DNA of 64,000 nucleotides from an uncultured Gemmatimonadales bacterium (GTDB lineage: Bacteria > Gemmatimonadota > Gemmatimonadetes > Longimicrobiales > RSA9), in NCBI GenBank assembly GCA_963708135.1, contig OY970192.1:864001-928000 (forward strand), read 5' to 3'. Below the pieces are notes generated by a model. It did not search any database. It had not been told where the DNA came from and saw only the letters and a program-made list of their open reading frames with translations. The translations under genes and the position numbers were made by a program. This document shows positions 22,463 through 30,799 of the stretch, in pieces; position 1 is the stretch's first letter, and every line of letters begins with the position of its first letter.

Positions 22463-25400
22463 TTACGGCAACACATCCCAGAACGAGGGGTCGGCATCGG
22501 CCTTCGCCTGCTTGCCGTCCGCCGAGACTCCCGCCGTGAACGTCTTGTTGTCCCCGCTGGTGTTGAACGCCTCCATGGCGTTCGCGGCCTCCTGGATCGC
22601 GGTCACGTCCGTGCCGCAATAGGCCGCCTTCGCCTGAGCGATGCTCGTCCCCCCGCTCGGAGAGGATCCGAAGGCCGCGTTGTTCAGGATCGCTGCCAGC
22701 AGCTGCTGCAGCAGCGTCATCCTGGCCTGGTCCAGCGCCGAGCGCGCGCCGCCGGTGCTGGTCCCGGAGATGCTCGACCAGAATCCTCCCAGCACGCCGC
22801 CGATCGTGGAGACCTCCCGGGTGCACACCGTGCGACTGCCGAGGCCGGTGAACGTGTGTCCGCCCACCGAGCCGCCGAACCACACCGCGTTGGTCACGCT
22901 CTCGTGCGTGGCCCAGAAGCCCTGCGTCCTCGTCGTGCCGGTGTTCTGCTGGTTGATGAAGGTGCAGGTGACGGTTTCGCCGTTCACGAGCGTCGTGGAG
23001 ACCGTCGAGGTGGCGGCCGGGTCCACCGACGCCTCGCCCTGGGCCGAGCAGCCGAGGTCGGTGAGGATGTAGCCGGCCGTCGGGGACTCGGTGATCGTCT
23101 TCACACCGGCCGGGAGGTTCTCGAAGACGACCGTGTCGGCAAGGTCGACCCCCGGCGGGGTCAGGGTGAAGCTGGGGGCGATGCCGACGCCCGTCGCCGT
23201 GAAGGCGAAGGTCGCGGCCGCGCCCTTCACCTGCTTTACGATCCTCAGCACAGCCGGCTGGTCGTTGTTGGTGATGGTGCAGGTGACGGTGTCGCCGGCG
23301 GCGATGGTGACCGAGCCGGACTGCGCGTCGCCACTGACCAGCCCCTTGGTGCAGCTCCAGGTGCCGTCCGTGTAGCCGCTCACCGCGTTCTCGTGCAGGC
23401 TGTAGGTGCCCGCGGCCACGCCCAGGCGAGCGCTCGTGTAGCGCAGCGTGGCCGTGCCGTCCGCCACGCCCGCCCCGAAGCTCAGCGTGCCGGCGCTGGT
23501 CGTGAGGCCGAAGTCGCCCACGGCCTTCGTGCCGCCGTCGTCGTTCACGACGCGCTTCACCACGCTCAGCGCGCCGCCGCTCCCGCCACTGCCGCCGCCC
23601 CCGCTGCCGCCGCCGGGATTGTCGTTGTTGGTGATGGTGCAGGTCACGGTGTCGCCGGCGGCGATGGTGACCGAGCCGGTCTGCGCGTCGCCACTGACCA
23701 GCCCCCTGGTGCAGCTCCAGGTGCCGTCCGTGTAGCCGCTCACCGCGTTCTCGTGCAGGCTGTAGGTGCCCGCGGCCACGCCCAGGCGAGCGCTCGTGTA
23801 GCGCAGCGTGGCCGTGCCGTCCGCCACGCCCGCCCCGAAGCTCAGCGTGCCGGCGCTGGTCGTGAGGCCGAAGTCGCCCACGGCCTTCGTGCCGCCGTCG
23901 TCGTTCACGACGCGCTTCACCACGCTCAGCGCGCCGCCGCTCCCGCCACTGCCGCCGCCCCCACTGCCGCCGCCGGGATTGTCGTTGTTGGTGATGGTGC
24001 AGGTGACGGTGTCGCCGGCGGCGATGGTGACCGAGCCGGACTGCGCGTCGCCACTGACCAGCCCCCTGGTGCAGCTCCAGGTGCCGTCCGTGTAGCCGCT
24101 CACCGCGTTCTCGTGCAGGCTGTAGGTGCCCGCGGCCACGCCCAGGCGAGCGCTCGTGTAGCGCAGCGTGGCCGTGCCGTCCGCCACGCCCGCCCCGAAG
24201 CTCAGCGTGCCGGCGCTGGTCGTGAGGCCGAAGTCGCCCACGGCCTTCGTGCCGCCGTCGTCGTTCACGACGCGCTTCACCACGCTCAGCGCGCCGCCGC
24301 TCCCGCCACTGCCGCCGCCCCCGCTGCCGCCGCCGGGATTGTCGTTGTTGGTGATGGTGCAGGTCACGGTGTCGCCGGCGGCGATGGTGACCGAGCCGGT
24401 CTGCGCGTCGCCACTGACCAGCCCCCTGGTGCAGCTCCAGGTGCCGTCCGTGTAGCCGCTCACCGCGTTCTCGTGCAGGCTGTAGGTGCCCGCGGCCACG
24501 CCCAGGCGAGCGCTCGTGTAGCGCAGCGTGGCCGTGCCGTCCGCCACGCCCGCCCCGAAGCTCAGCGTGCCGGCGCTGGTCGTGAGGCCGAAGTCGCCCA
24601 CGGCCTTCGTGCCGCCGTCGTCGTTCACGACGCGCTTCACCACGCTCAGCGCGCCGCCGCTCCCGCCACTGCCGCCACCACTCCCGCCCCCGCCACCCTT
24701 ACTGGCCGGAACGACCGTGACCACCGCGGTGTCGGACGCCCCTCCCGAGGTCGCTACCACGAGCCCGGTGCCCAGCGCGAGGCCTGTCAGCACGCCGGTC
24801 GGCGAGACGCCGACGATCGTCGGACTGAGGGATACCCACGTCACGGTGTACGGCAGCGGGTTCCCGCCGGCATCGCGCGGCGTCGCGACGAGCGTCTGTT
24901 GCCCGCCCAGTGGGACGGTGGGGTTCGGAATGGAGAGCGTGATTACGTCCACCGGTGCCCCGACCGTGACCGCGACGTCCACCGTGAGCGGGGCCACCCT
25001 GGGCGCGCTGGAGGTCACGGTTACGATGGCATGGTAGACCCCCGCGCCGAGCTGGCTGAGGTCGGCCCGCAGCGTCAGCATCGCCGGGGCGGCGGTCGGG
25101 GTCACGGTCGCGCTGAGCCATCCGGTCGGCTCCCCTGCGGCGTAGCTCACGCTCACGGACAGACCGTCGAGGACTCCGGTGCCGACGTTGGTGATCTCCA
25201 CCTGAGTGGCGATGCTGCCGGAGCTGACCGCGCCGCCGAGGCCCACCTGGCTCGTGCTCGCGGCCAGCACCGGGCGACCGACCCGGATAGACGCCGTACC
25301 GAACTGGCCCTCATACGTAGCCGTGATGATCGCGCTGCCGTTTCCCACGGCCGTGACGAGGCCACCCGCGTCCACTCTCGCCACCCCGGGATCGCTCGTG

Positions 25401-26452
25401 GACCAGGCGACGGTCCGGCCCGAGAGCGCATGACCCGCGCCGTCCACGGGCTTCGCATCGAGTCGCGTCGTCTCCCCGATCGAGAGAGCGGCGAGGTCGG
25501 GGCTCACCAGGACCGCCACCGCGGTGGCGGGCCACACGACGACGACCACGCTCGCGCTCTGTCCGTCCACGGAAGCGGTAATTACGGCGGTCCCGGGTGC
25601 CACCGCGCGGATGGTCCCGGCGTTGTCAACCGTCACCGTGCCGGGATTCAGGCTCGTCCACGTGAACGACCGCTGGAGCGCGTTCCCGTTGCGGTCCCGG
25701 GCCGTGGCGGTGAGCGACGCGGTCGAGTCGAGCGAGACGGCGAGACTGTCTATCCGGAGCGCTACGCGTTCGACGGTCGCGTGGACCCCGACGCGGGTCT
25801 GCGCGGTGAACCCCTGGTACGACGCCGTCAAGTGGGCATCGCCCTCCGTCACGGCCGTGACGAGCCCGGTGGGAGTGACCCGCACCACACCGCCACCGTC
25901 GGCCGTCCAGCTCGGCTGGATGCCGGTCACGGTGTCGCCGTTCGCGAACACGACGGCGGCCGTCGCCTGCACCGTGTCGCCCAGCGCGGTGAGCGTGCGG
26001 GACGAGTCGGCGGCGACCATGCCGGCTACCACCGGTGTCACGGTGACCACCACCGTGTCCCGCATCCCGCGGCGCAGTACCCCCGACCCGGTGCCGTGGA
26101 ACATCGCGCGCCCCTGGCTGGTGAGGTCCACGCTGATCTGGAAGGTGCCGATCGGGTTCCGTATGCGCAGCTCGATCGGGAGCTTGGCGTCGCTCGTTCC
26201 GGAGCTCGTCACGACCGTGTCGAGCACCGTCGTCGCATTGGCGACCAGCTGCAGGTGCGCGGCGTCGGTGTGGGCGAACGCCTCCGCCGTGCCCGCCGCA
26301 TTCGCCGAGGCCGTCACCGAGAGCGACAGTGTCAGCGGCGGCTCCGCGGCCGCGGGCGCCAGCAGGCGGTCGGTGCAGCTCCCGCTCAGGGCGGCAGAGG
26401 CAACCATGGCGAGTTGGAGCGCCAAACGAGTGCGGCGAGACACGTGGATCAT
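22463..26452 (-). CDS. 1329-aa surface lipoprotein / adhesin-like: Big_2 Ig-like domains, BACON-like domain, 4+1 CnaB/SpaA-like domains, C-terminal TQGFWATH domain
   Basis: ALSGSC lipobox-like signal; WSTSDPGVARVDAGGLVTAVGNGSAIITA-type Ig repeats; 120-aa repeats with Gly/Ser linkers; ATGA overlap with the upstream gene. Confidence 0.85.
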   Translation of the reverse strand: MIHVSRRTRLALQLAMVASAALSGSCTDRLLAPAAAEPPLTLSLSVTASANAAGTAEAFAHTDAAHLQLVANATTVLDTVVTSSGTSDAKLPIELRIRNPIGTFQISVDLTSQGRAMFHGTGSGVLRRGMRDTVVVTVTPVVAGMVAADSSRTLTALGDTVQATAAVVFANGDTVTGIQPSWTADGGGVVRVTPTGLVTAVTEGDAHLTASYQGFTAQTRVGVHATVERVALRIDSLAVSLDSTASLTATARDRNGNALQRSFTWTSLNPGTVTVDNAGTIRAVAPGTAVITASVDGQSASVVVVVWPATAVAVLVSPDLAALSIGETTRLDAKPVDGAGHALSGRTVAWSTSDPGVARVDAGGLVTAVGNGSAIITATYEGQFGTASIRVGRPVLAASTSQVGLGGAVSSGSIATQVEITNVGTGVLDGLSVSVSYAAGEPTGWLSATVTPTAAPAMLTLRADLSQLGAGVYHAIVTVTSSAPRVAPLTVDVAVTVGAPVDVITLSIPNPTVPLGGQQTLVATPRDAGGNPLPYTVTWVSLSPTIVGVSPTGVLTGLALGTGLVVATSGGASDTAVVTVVPASKGGGGGSGGGSGGSGGALSVVKRVVNDDGGTKAVGDFGLTTSAGTLSFGAGVADGTATLRYTSARLGVAAGTYSLHENAVSGYTDGTWSCTRGLVSGDAQTGSVTIAAGDTVTCTITNNDNPGGGSGGGGSGGSGGALSVVKRVVNDDGGTKAVGDFGLTTSAGTLSFGAGVADGTATLRYTSARLGVAAGTYSLHENAVSGYTDGTWSCTRGLVSGDAQSGSVTIAAGDTVTCTITNNDNPGGGSGGGGSGGSGGALSVVKRVVNDDGGTKAVGDFGLTTSAGTLSFGAGVADGTATLRYTSARLGVAAGTYSLHENAVSGYTDGTWSCTRGLVSGDAQTGSVTIAAGDTVTCTITNNDNPGGGSGGGGSGGSGGALSVVKRVVNDDGGTKAVGDFGLTTSAGTLSFGAGVADGTATLRYTSARLGVAAGTYSLHENAVSGYTDGTWSCTKGLVSGDAQSGSVTIAAGDTVTCTITNNDQPAVLRIVKQVKGAAATFAFTATGVGIAPSFTLTPPGVDLADTVVFENLPAGVKTITESPTAGYILTDLGCSAQGEASVDPAATSTVSTTLVNGETVTCTFINQQNTGTTRTQGFWATHESVTNAVWFGGSVGGHTFTGLGSRTVCTREVSTIGGVLGGFWSSISGTSTGGARSALDQARMTLLQQLLAAILNNAAFGSSPSGGTSIAQAKAAYCGTDVTAIQEAANAMEAFNTSGDNKTFTAGVSADGKQAKADADPSFWDVLP
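23261..24676. repeat. 4 x 360-bp near-identical intragenic tandem repeat with an A-B-A-B variant pattern
   Basis: Units start at 23261, 23621, 23981, 24341 and differ at only a few positions. Confidence 0.97.
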
Positions 26453-27576
26453 CGCTCTGCTCCTCCGAAGCGCACACCCATCCCGAGGTCGAATCCCGTG
26501 AAACCCGTACTGCTCCCCTGGGCCACCAGCACCCGGCCGAAGCGCGCCCGTGCCTGTGGCAGGACGAGCGCCCGGCGGCCGATCGGAATCTGCGCGGAGG
26601 CGCCGACCCCGACGATCGTCCCCTGGTCGAGGCCGTCCGCCCGGCGAACCACGCGCACGTCGGTGGCCGGAAGCAGGACCCAGCCGCCCAGGGGCAGCCG
26701 TAGCCCGCCACCGACGAGATAGAGATCCTGCGCCTCCGGCTGCGTTGGCCCCGCGCTCAGGTACGTGCTGCGTGCGCGACGCAGCAGCCCGGCGTAGACG
26801 AGCCCGCTGGCCCGGGCCCCGGCCGCGAATGCGTAGGAGCTCATGACCTGGACCCGATCCCCGGAGCGATAGAGGTTGGCGCCGTCCACCTGGTCGGTGC
26901 TGCTGTGGAGATAGGTGAGCTGGAGCGACGCCTTCCCCGAAGATCCCGTATTGAGGTCAAGGGCGAGGCGTCCCCGGAGCTGGTTTCCCGGCCGGTAGCC
27001 GAACTCTGGCTCGCTCAGCAGATCGTAGCGGCGGCCGACGAGGTAGGAAGCGCTCACGCCCAGGCCGAAGCGACCCGTCGAATGCGCCGCCGCGACCGCC
27101 AGCCCCCCGGCGCCGCCCGCGCCCCAGTTGGAGATCCGGAACGGCAGCAGCTCCGAGGCGATCACCCCGGCCAGCATGGCCTCATCCAGGGTCTGGCGCT
27201 CCATGCCAGTCGGCAGGATCGCCACGGCGGTCACCGACGCCATCTCGCCGTGCACGGGGAGCACGAGGCTCAGCTGGGTGTCCGTGAAGCCGCTCAGCGT
27301 CACCTTGGAGCCGTCCTCGAGCTTGAGGGTGCCGCGCGCGTAGGCGCCGTCCAGGCTCAACGAGGAGCCGAGGAAGAACGGGACCCGCACTGCCACCGGA
27401 ACCGTCAGCAGCGAGACGGCATCGATCCCGGTCTGCGTCGGGTCCCTGAAGTGGTAACCCTCGTAGCTCGCGGCCAACCCGGCCGAAGGCGCCTGCGCCA
27501 GCGCGCCCGCAGGGGCGAGGGCGGTGGCCAGCGCCAGCGCGGGCACCAGCCGGTGAACCCGACGGGAGTGGGTCAT
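26449..27576 (-). CDS. Putative outer-membrane beta-barrel protein
   Basis: Sec signal ending ALA-Q, many amphipathic strands, C-terminal FDLGMGVRF beta-signal-like strand; SD GAGGTG. Confidence 0.75.
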   Translation of the reverse strand: MTHSRRVHRLVPALALATALAPAGALAQAPSAGLAASYEGYHFRDPTQTGIDAVSLLTVPVAVRVPFFLGSSLSLDGAYARGTLKLEDGSKVTLSGFTDTQLSLVLPVHGEMASVTAVAILPTGMERQTLDEAMLAGVIASELLPFRISNWGAGGAGGLAVAAAHSTGRFGLGVSASYLVGRRYDLLSEPEFGYRPGNQLRGRLALDLNTGSSGKASLQLTYLHSSTDQVDGANLYRSGDRVQVMSSYAFAAGARASGLVYAGLLRRARSTYLSAGPTQPEAQDLYLVGGGLRLPLGGWVLLPATDVRVVRRADGLDQGTIVGVGASAQIPIGRRALVLPQARARFGRVLVAQGSSTGFTGFDLGMGVRFGGAER

Positions 27577-27586
27577 GCGGTGCACC

Positions 27587-28882
27587 TCACGGCCGGCTGA
27601 TGATGACGACTGGCATGGCCGGAATGGAGAGCCCATCCATCCCGAGGATCTCAGAGCCCGGATTGCGCGCGATCGGGTCCGGCAGCAGCACCATCACCGG
27701 GTCGAGCCCCACGACCGAGACCGGTCCGGTCCGGATCTGACGATCCACGAGGGAGGGCGACGGTGGACCGCTTCCGCTCTCGGCGGCGGCTTCCGCCAGC
27801 CGCTCCGGCGTCTGCGTCTCGCCCGAGCTCAGCGCCTCCGCCTCCCGCTCCCGCGTCGCCGCTTCCCGGAACGACGGGTCGAGCGCGGCGGCCTTCCGGA
27901 AATGCCCGGCGGCCTCGCTGAACCGACCCGCGTCCAGCGCCTCGAGGCCCGAGCCGAACGCGAGGAGCGCCTGCAGGTTCCCGGTAGCCCGGTGCTCCAC
28001 ACGCTCCCGTTCCGCCGGCGTGAGCTGGATCCCCATCGCATCGTACAGCCCCAGCGCGATCTGCTTCTCCATGTCGAAGAGGCGGGTCACTCGGGCCTGC
28101 GCCTGCACCGGCGCCAGGCTGCCGAGGTCCGTGCCGACGCCGACCACTGCCGCACTGATCCGCAGCTCGTCGGCGCCCCCGCCGATCCGACCCTCCACCA
28201 CCCGCCCGGCGTGCAGCAGCTGGCCGCTCCGGACGGCAGTGGCGGGATCGACCAGGCCGGAGTCGGAGAGACCGATCTCGTCAATCAGTAGCTGGACCTG
28301 CGTGCGCTCCAGCACGCGGAGCCGCCGCGTCTGGGAGAGGTCGGTCGTCAGCAAGGAGGAGAGCGCCCGGCTCAGCGGCGCGTACTGCGGATCGCTGCCC
28401 GCGTACAGGAAGGGGAAGATGGCCAGATTGCGCGGCTCCGGCGGGGACTGCGAGAGCTGCGCCTCCCGCGCCAGCGCCCCGCGAACCGCCGCCACGAGCT
28501 CTTGCCGTCGAAGGTGCGCCAGCCGACTCCGGATGGCGCCCTTCAGGCGCTCCGATCCACCCAGCGCGAGGAAGCGCCGGTAAAGGTCGGCGGCCGCAGA
28601 ATCCTGGCCCAGGTCGTCTTCCGTCAGTGCCAGGTTCAGCACGCCCGGCGCGCTCCGGGGATTCGCGGCTACCACGCGCCCGAGCACCGCGCGTGCCGAA
28701 TCGCGCTGCCCGGCCGCGCGCAGGGCGGCGCCCAGCGCCACCTGCGCATCCTCGCCACCCCCATCGCCGGCCTGCTGCCGCAGGCGCGCGAGCTCCGACG
28801 GCGTGGGAGCTCGATTGACGGATACCTGCCCCGCACACCCGCCGACGAGCACGGCGAGCATCAAACAAAGACGCCGATCCAT
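27587..28882 (-). CDS. TPR + CsgG/HfaB(TolB-N)-like lipoprotein
   Basis: LVGGC lipobox; TPR helices; LAIFPF...TDLSQ..LRVLERTQVQLLIDE...VDPATAVRSGQLL CsgG-like segment; second TPR. Confidence 0.8.
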   Translation of the reverse strand: MDRRLCLMLAVLVGGCAGQVSVNRAPTPSELARLRQQAGDGGGEDAQVALGAALRAAGQRDSARAVLGRVVAANPRSAPGVLNLALTEDDLGQDSAAADLYRRFLALGGSERLKGAIRSRLAHLRRQELVAAVRGALAREAQLSQSPPEPRNLAIFPFLYAGSDPQYAPLSRALSSLLTTDLSQTRRLRVLERTQVQLLIDEIGLSDSGLVDPATAVRSGQLLHAGRVVEGRIGGGADELRISAAVVGVGTDLGSLAPVQAQARVTRLFDMEKQIALGLYDAMGIQLTPAERERVEHRATGNLQALLAFGSGLEALDAGRFSEAAGHFRKAAALDPSFREAATREREAEALSSGETQTPERLAEAAAESGSGPPSPSLVDRQIRTGPVSVVGLDPVMVLLPDPIARNPGSEILGMDGLSIPAMPVVIISRP

Positions 28883-28916
28883 GGCCATACCTTGCTGCCA
28901 GTCGATGTAGAGGGAC

Positions 28917-28947
28917 AAAAAAACGCGAGGTGGTGGTCACCTCGCGT
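28917..28947 (-). terminator. Intrinsic terminator / attenuator just upstream of the lipoprotein operon
   Basis: Perfect 10-bp stem ACGCGAGGTG/CACCTCGCGT, 5-nt loop, U7 tract (A7 at 28917-28923 on +). Confidence 0.8.
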
Positions 28948-29006
28948 CGGTGCACGCCCCAGGTTGTCGAAGCTATGGTGTGGAGCCGCCGGACCACGCG
29001 CGCGGG

Positions 29007-29066
29007 CTATGCGCCGCACGCACGGCGCCGCCGCTCCTCCGGGAGGCGCTCGAAGCCGAATTGCAT
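29007..29066 (-). CDS. Possible 19-aa leader peptide MQFGFERLPEERRRRACGA
   Basis: ATG..TAG lying between the promoter and the terminator; no strong SD. Confidence 0.3.
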   Translation of the reverse strand: MQFGFERLPEERRRRACGA

Positions 29067-29096
29067 TTCTGACGGTGATAGGTTCGCCAGCTTGGA

Positions 29097-29125
29097 AGGC
29101 TATCAGCCGCCCCGCCTTTCCGCAA
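29097..29125 (-). promoter_or_regulatory. Sigma70 promoter for the leader of the lipoprotein operon
   Basis: TTGCGG-17 bp-TAGCCT with extended -10 TGn. Confidence 0.6.
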
Positions 29126-29196
29126 CGGGGTAGCCGCCGCCAGGCCGCCGGGCGACAGCCGTCCCGCACCCGCCGCCGCTACACCCGCGCTCGCCG

Positions 29197-29222
29197 GCGG
29201 CCGACCGACTCCCGTCGGCCGC
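29197..29222 (-). terminator. Stem-loop downstream of the thioesterase gene
   Basis: GCGGCCGAC/GTCGGCCGC 9-bp stem, no U tract. Confidence 0.45.
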
Positions 29223-29234
29223 TCACGCCGCCGG

Positions 29235-29657
29235 CTAGCGCCTCAGCGCCTCGAGCCGCGCGCGTACCTCGGCCGGCAGCCGCGCCTTTGCCCCCGCCCC
29301 GTAGTCGTATGCGACGACGACACCCTCGCCCTCAGCCGCGACCGCGGCCTGCGCGGTGCTGACGAGACGGTACTCCATCGTGAAGCGGTCCTCCCCGATC
29401 TCGGTGGCCCGCGTGCCGACGCGGACCGTGTCCGGGAAGGCGAGCGGGCGGCGAAAGCGGCAGCTCGTGGAGGCCAGGATCGGGCCCACGCCGCCGTTCA
29501 TCGCACCCTCGCGGAAAGCGATGCGGATCAGCAGCTCGATCCGCGCGATCTCGAAGTAGCGAAAGAACACCGTGTTGTTCACGTGCCCGAACGCGTCCAT
29601 GTCCCCCCAGCGCAAAGGAACATCGACGACGATCGGGAAGCCGGCGAGGAGGTCCAT
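29235..29657 (-). CDS. Acyl-CoA thioesterase (4HBT/YbgC family)
   Basis: WGDMDAFGHVNN, YFEIAR, FRRPLAFPD. Confidence 0.92.
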   Translation of the reverse strand: MDLLAGFPIVVDVPLRWGDMDAFGHVNNTVFFRYFEIARIELLIRIAFREGAMNGGVGPILASTSCRFRRPLAFPDTVRVGTRATEIGEDRFTMEYRLVSTAQAAVAAEGEGVVVAYDYGAGAKARLPAEVRARLEALRR

Positions 29658-29723
29658 GGGCGACCAAAGTAGAAATCCACGCTCCGCGCGTCGAGGCCGC
29701 CCCGCGCATATGCCGGATCCGCG

Positions 29724-29900
29724 TTAGCGCCGGCTGAGGCCGGCGAAGTACCCGGCAAAGCAGAGCAGGATGGCGACCAGGACCAGTGGGATCACCAGCA
29801 CCCCCGGCCTGTTCGGGTGGCTGGCCGCGATCGGCGCCGTGGTCGCTGCGACCAGCGCAGCAAGCACCGCCGTGAGAACCGCCTTCTGTTTGTAATCCAT
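29724..29900 (-). CDS. Small 58-aa two-TM membrane protein
   Basis: AAGGAG SD, two hydrophobic segments. Confidence 0.55.
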   Translation of the reverse strand: MDYKQKAVLTAVLAALVAATTAPIAASHPNRPGVLVIPLVLVAILLCFAGYFAGLSRR

Positions 29901-30115
29901 CTGTCGCCCGACTCCTTGCAATGATCGGCCATGGACGCGCACGGCCCTTGCTTCCTCCCCCCGGCCCCTGACATCCGCCGGGGCGGAACCCTCGTCAGGA
30001 CTTCCTTGTCCTCTATCTAGCGGTTGCCGACAGGAGCGAGCAACCCCGCCCCATCCGCCTTCCACAGTTCCGCTGATCTCCCGCCCCCGGCCCCTGCCCG
30101 TGGGGCAGTCTCCCC

Positions 30116-30144
30116 TCGACACGCCCGTCCGCCTCGGCTATACT
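30116..30144 (+). promoter_or_regulatory. Sigma70 promoter of the rpsF operon
   Basis: TCGACA-17 bp-TATACT. Confidence 0.75.
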
Positions 30145-30155
30145 ACCATGCTAAA

Positions 30156-30200
30156 CCTGCTCCGCCCCCTCCAGGCGGGGCCTCGGACCATGGGAGGAGG
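30156..30200 (+). promoter_or_regulatory. Probable S6:S18-binding leader RNA
   Basis: GCTCC-hairpin-CC-..GACC..GGAGG layout overlapping the rpsF SD, as in known rpsF leaders. Confidence 0.5.
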
Positions 30201-30206
30201 AACGCG

Positions 30207-30572
30207 GTGAGAGACTACGAGGTCGTCTACATCTTCGACTCGGCGCTGGCCGAGGAGCAGATCAACGAGAAGCTGGACCGGTTCCACGCGCTGCTGACGG
30301 GCGATCACGGTGGCGAGATCACGGCCGTGGACCACTGGGGCCGGCGGCAGCTCGCCTATCCCATCCGCAAGAAGCCGAACGGGTACTACGTCGTCGTGCA
30401 GTTTCGCGCGGAGACGGAGTCGTTGCCGGAGTTCGAGCGGGTGCTGAAGCTGGACGACGAGCTGCTGCGGTATCTGGTGGTGCTGCACGAGGGTGAGCCG
30501 ACTGCGCCGATGTCGCTCGCGACCCGCGAGCCGCGCGGCGAGGATGACGAAGACCAGGACGAGGAGGACTGA
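30207..30572 (+). CDS. rpsF: 30S ribosomal protein S6
   Basis: [18 protein letters not shown], acidic tail; GTG start with GGAGG SD. Confidence 0.96.
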   Translation: MRDYEVVYIFDSALAEEQINEKLDRFHALLTGDHGGEITAVDHWGRRQLAYPIRKKPNGYYVVVQFRAETESLPEFERVLKLDDELLRYLVVLHEGEPTAPMSLATREPRGEDDEDQDEED

Positions 30573-30573
30573 C

Positions 30574-30795
30574 ATGCCTCGCTCCAACAAGACCTGTCCG
30601 CTCTGCGAGAACGGGATCCGCTACATCAACTACAAGGACGAGCGCTCGCTCTCGCGCTTCATCACCGAGCAGGGGAAGATCCTCGCGCGGCGGATGACGG
30701 GGATGTGCGCGCGTCACCAGCGGCAGGTCGGGACCGCGGTGAAGCGGGCTCGCTACCTGGCCCTGGTGCCGTACGTCAAGCAGTTCCAGGACTGA
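30574..30795 (+). CDS. rpsR: 30S ribosomal protein S18 (Zn-binding form)
   Basis: [38 protein letters not shown]. Confidence 0.96.
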   Translation: MPRSNKTCPLCENGIRYINYKDERSLSRFITEQGKILARRMTGMCARHQRQVGTAVKRARYLALVPYVKQFQD

Positions 30796-30799
30796 GGTG

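Noticed and set aside
22441..30100. Mobile element or prophage carrying the adhesin operon
   Set aside because: No integrase, transposase, att-like direct repeats or terminal inverted repeats seen.
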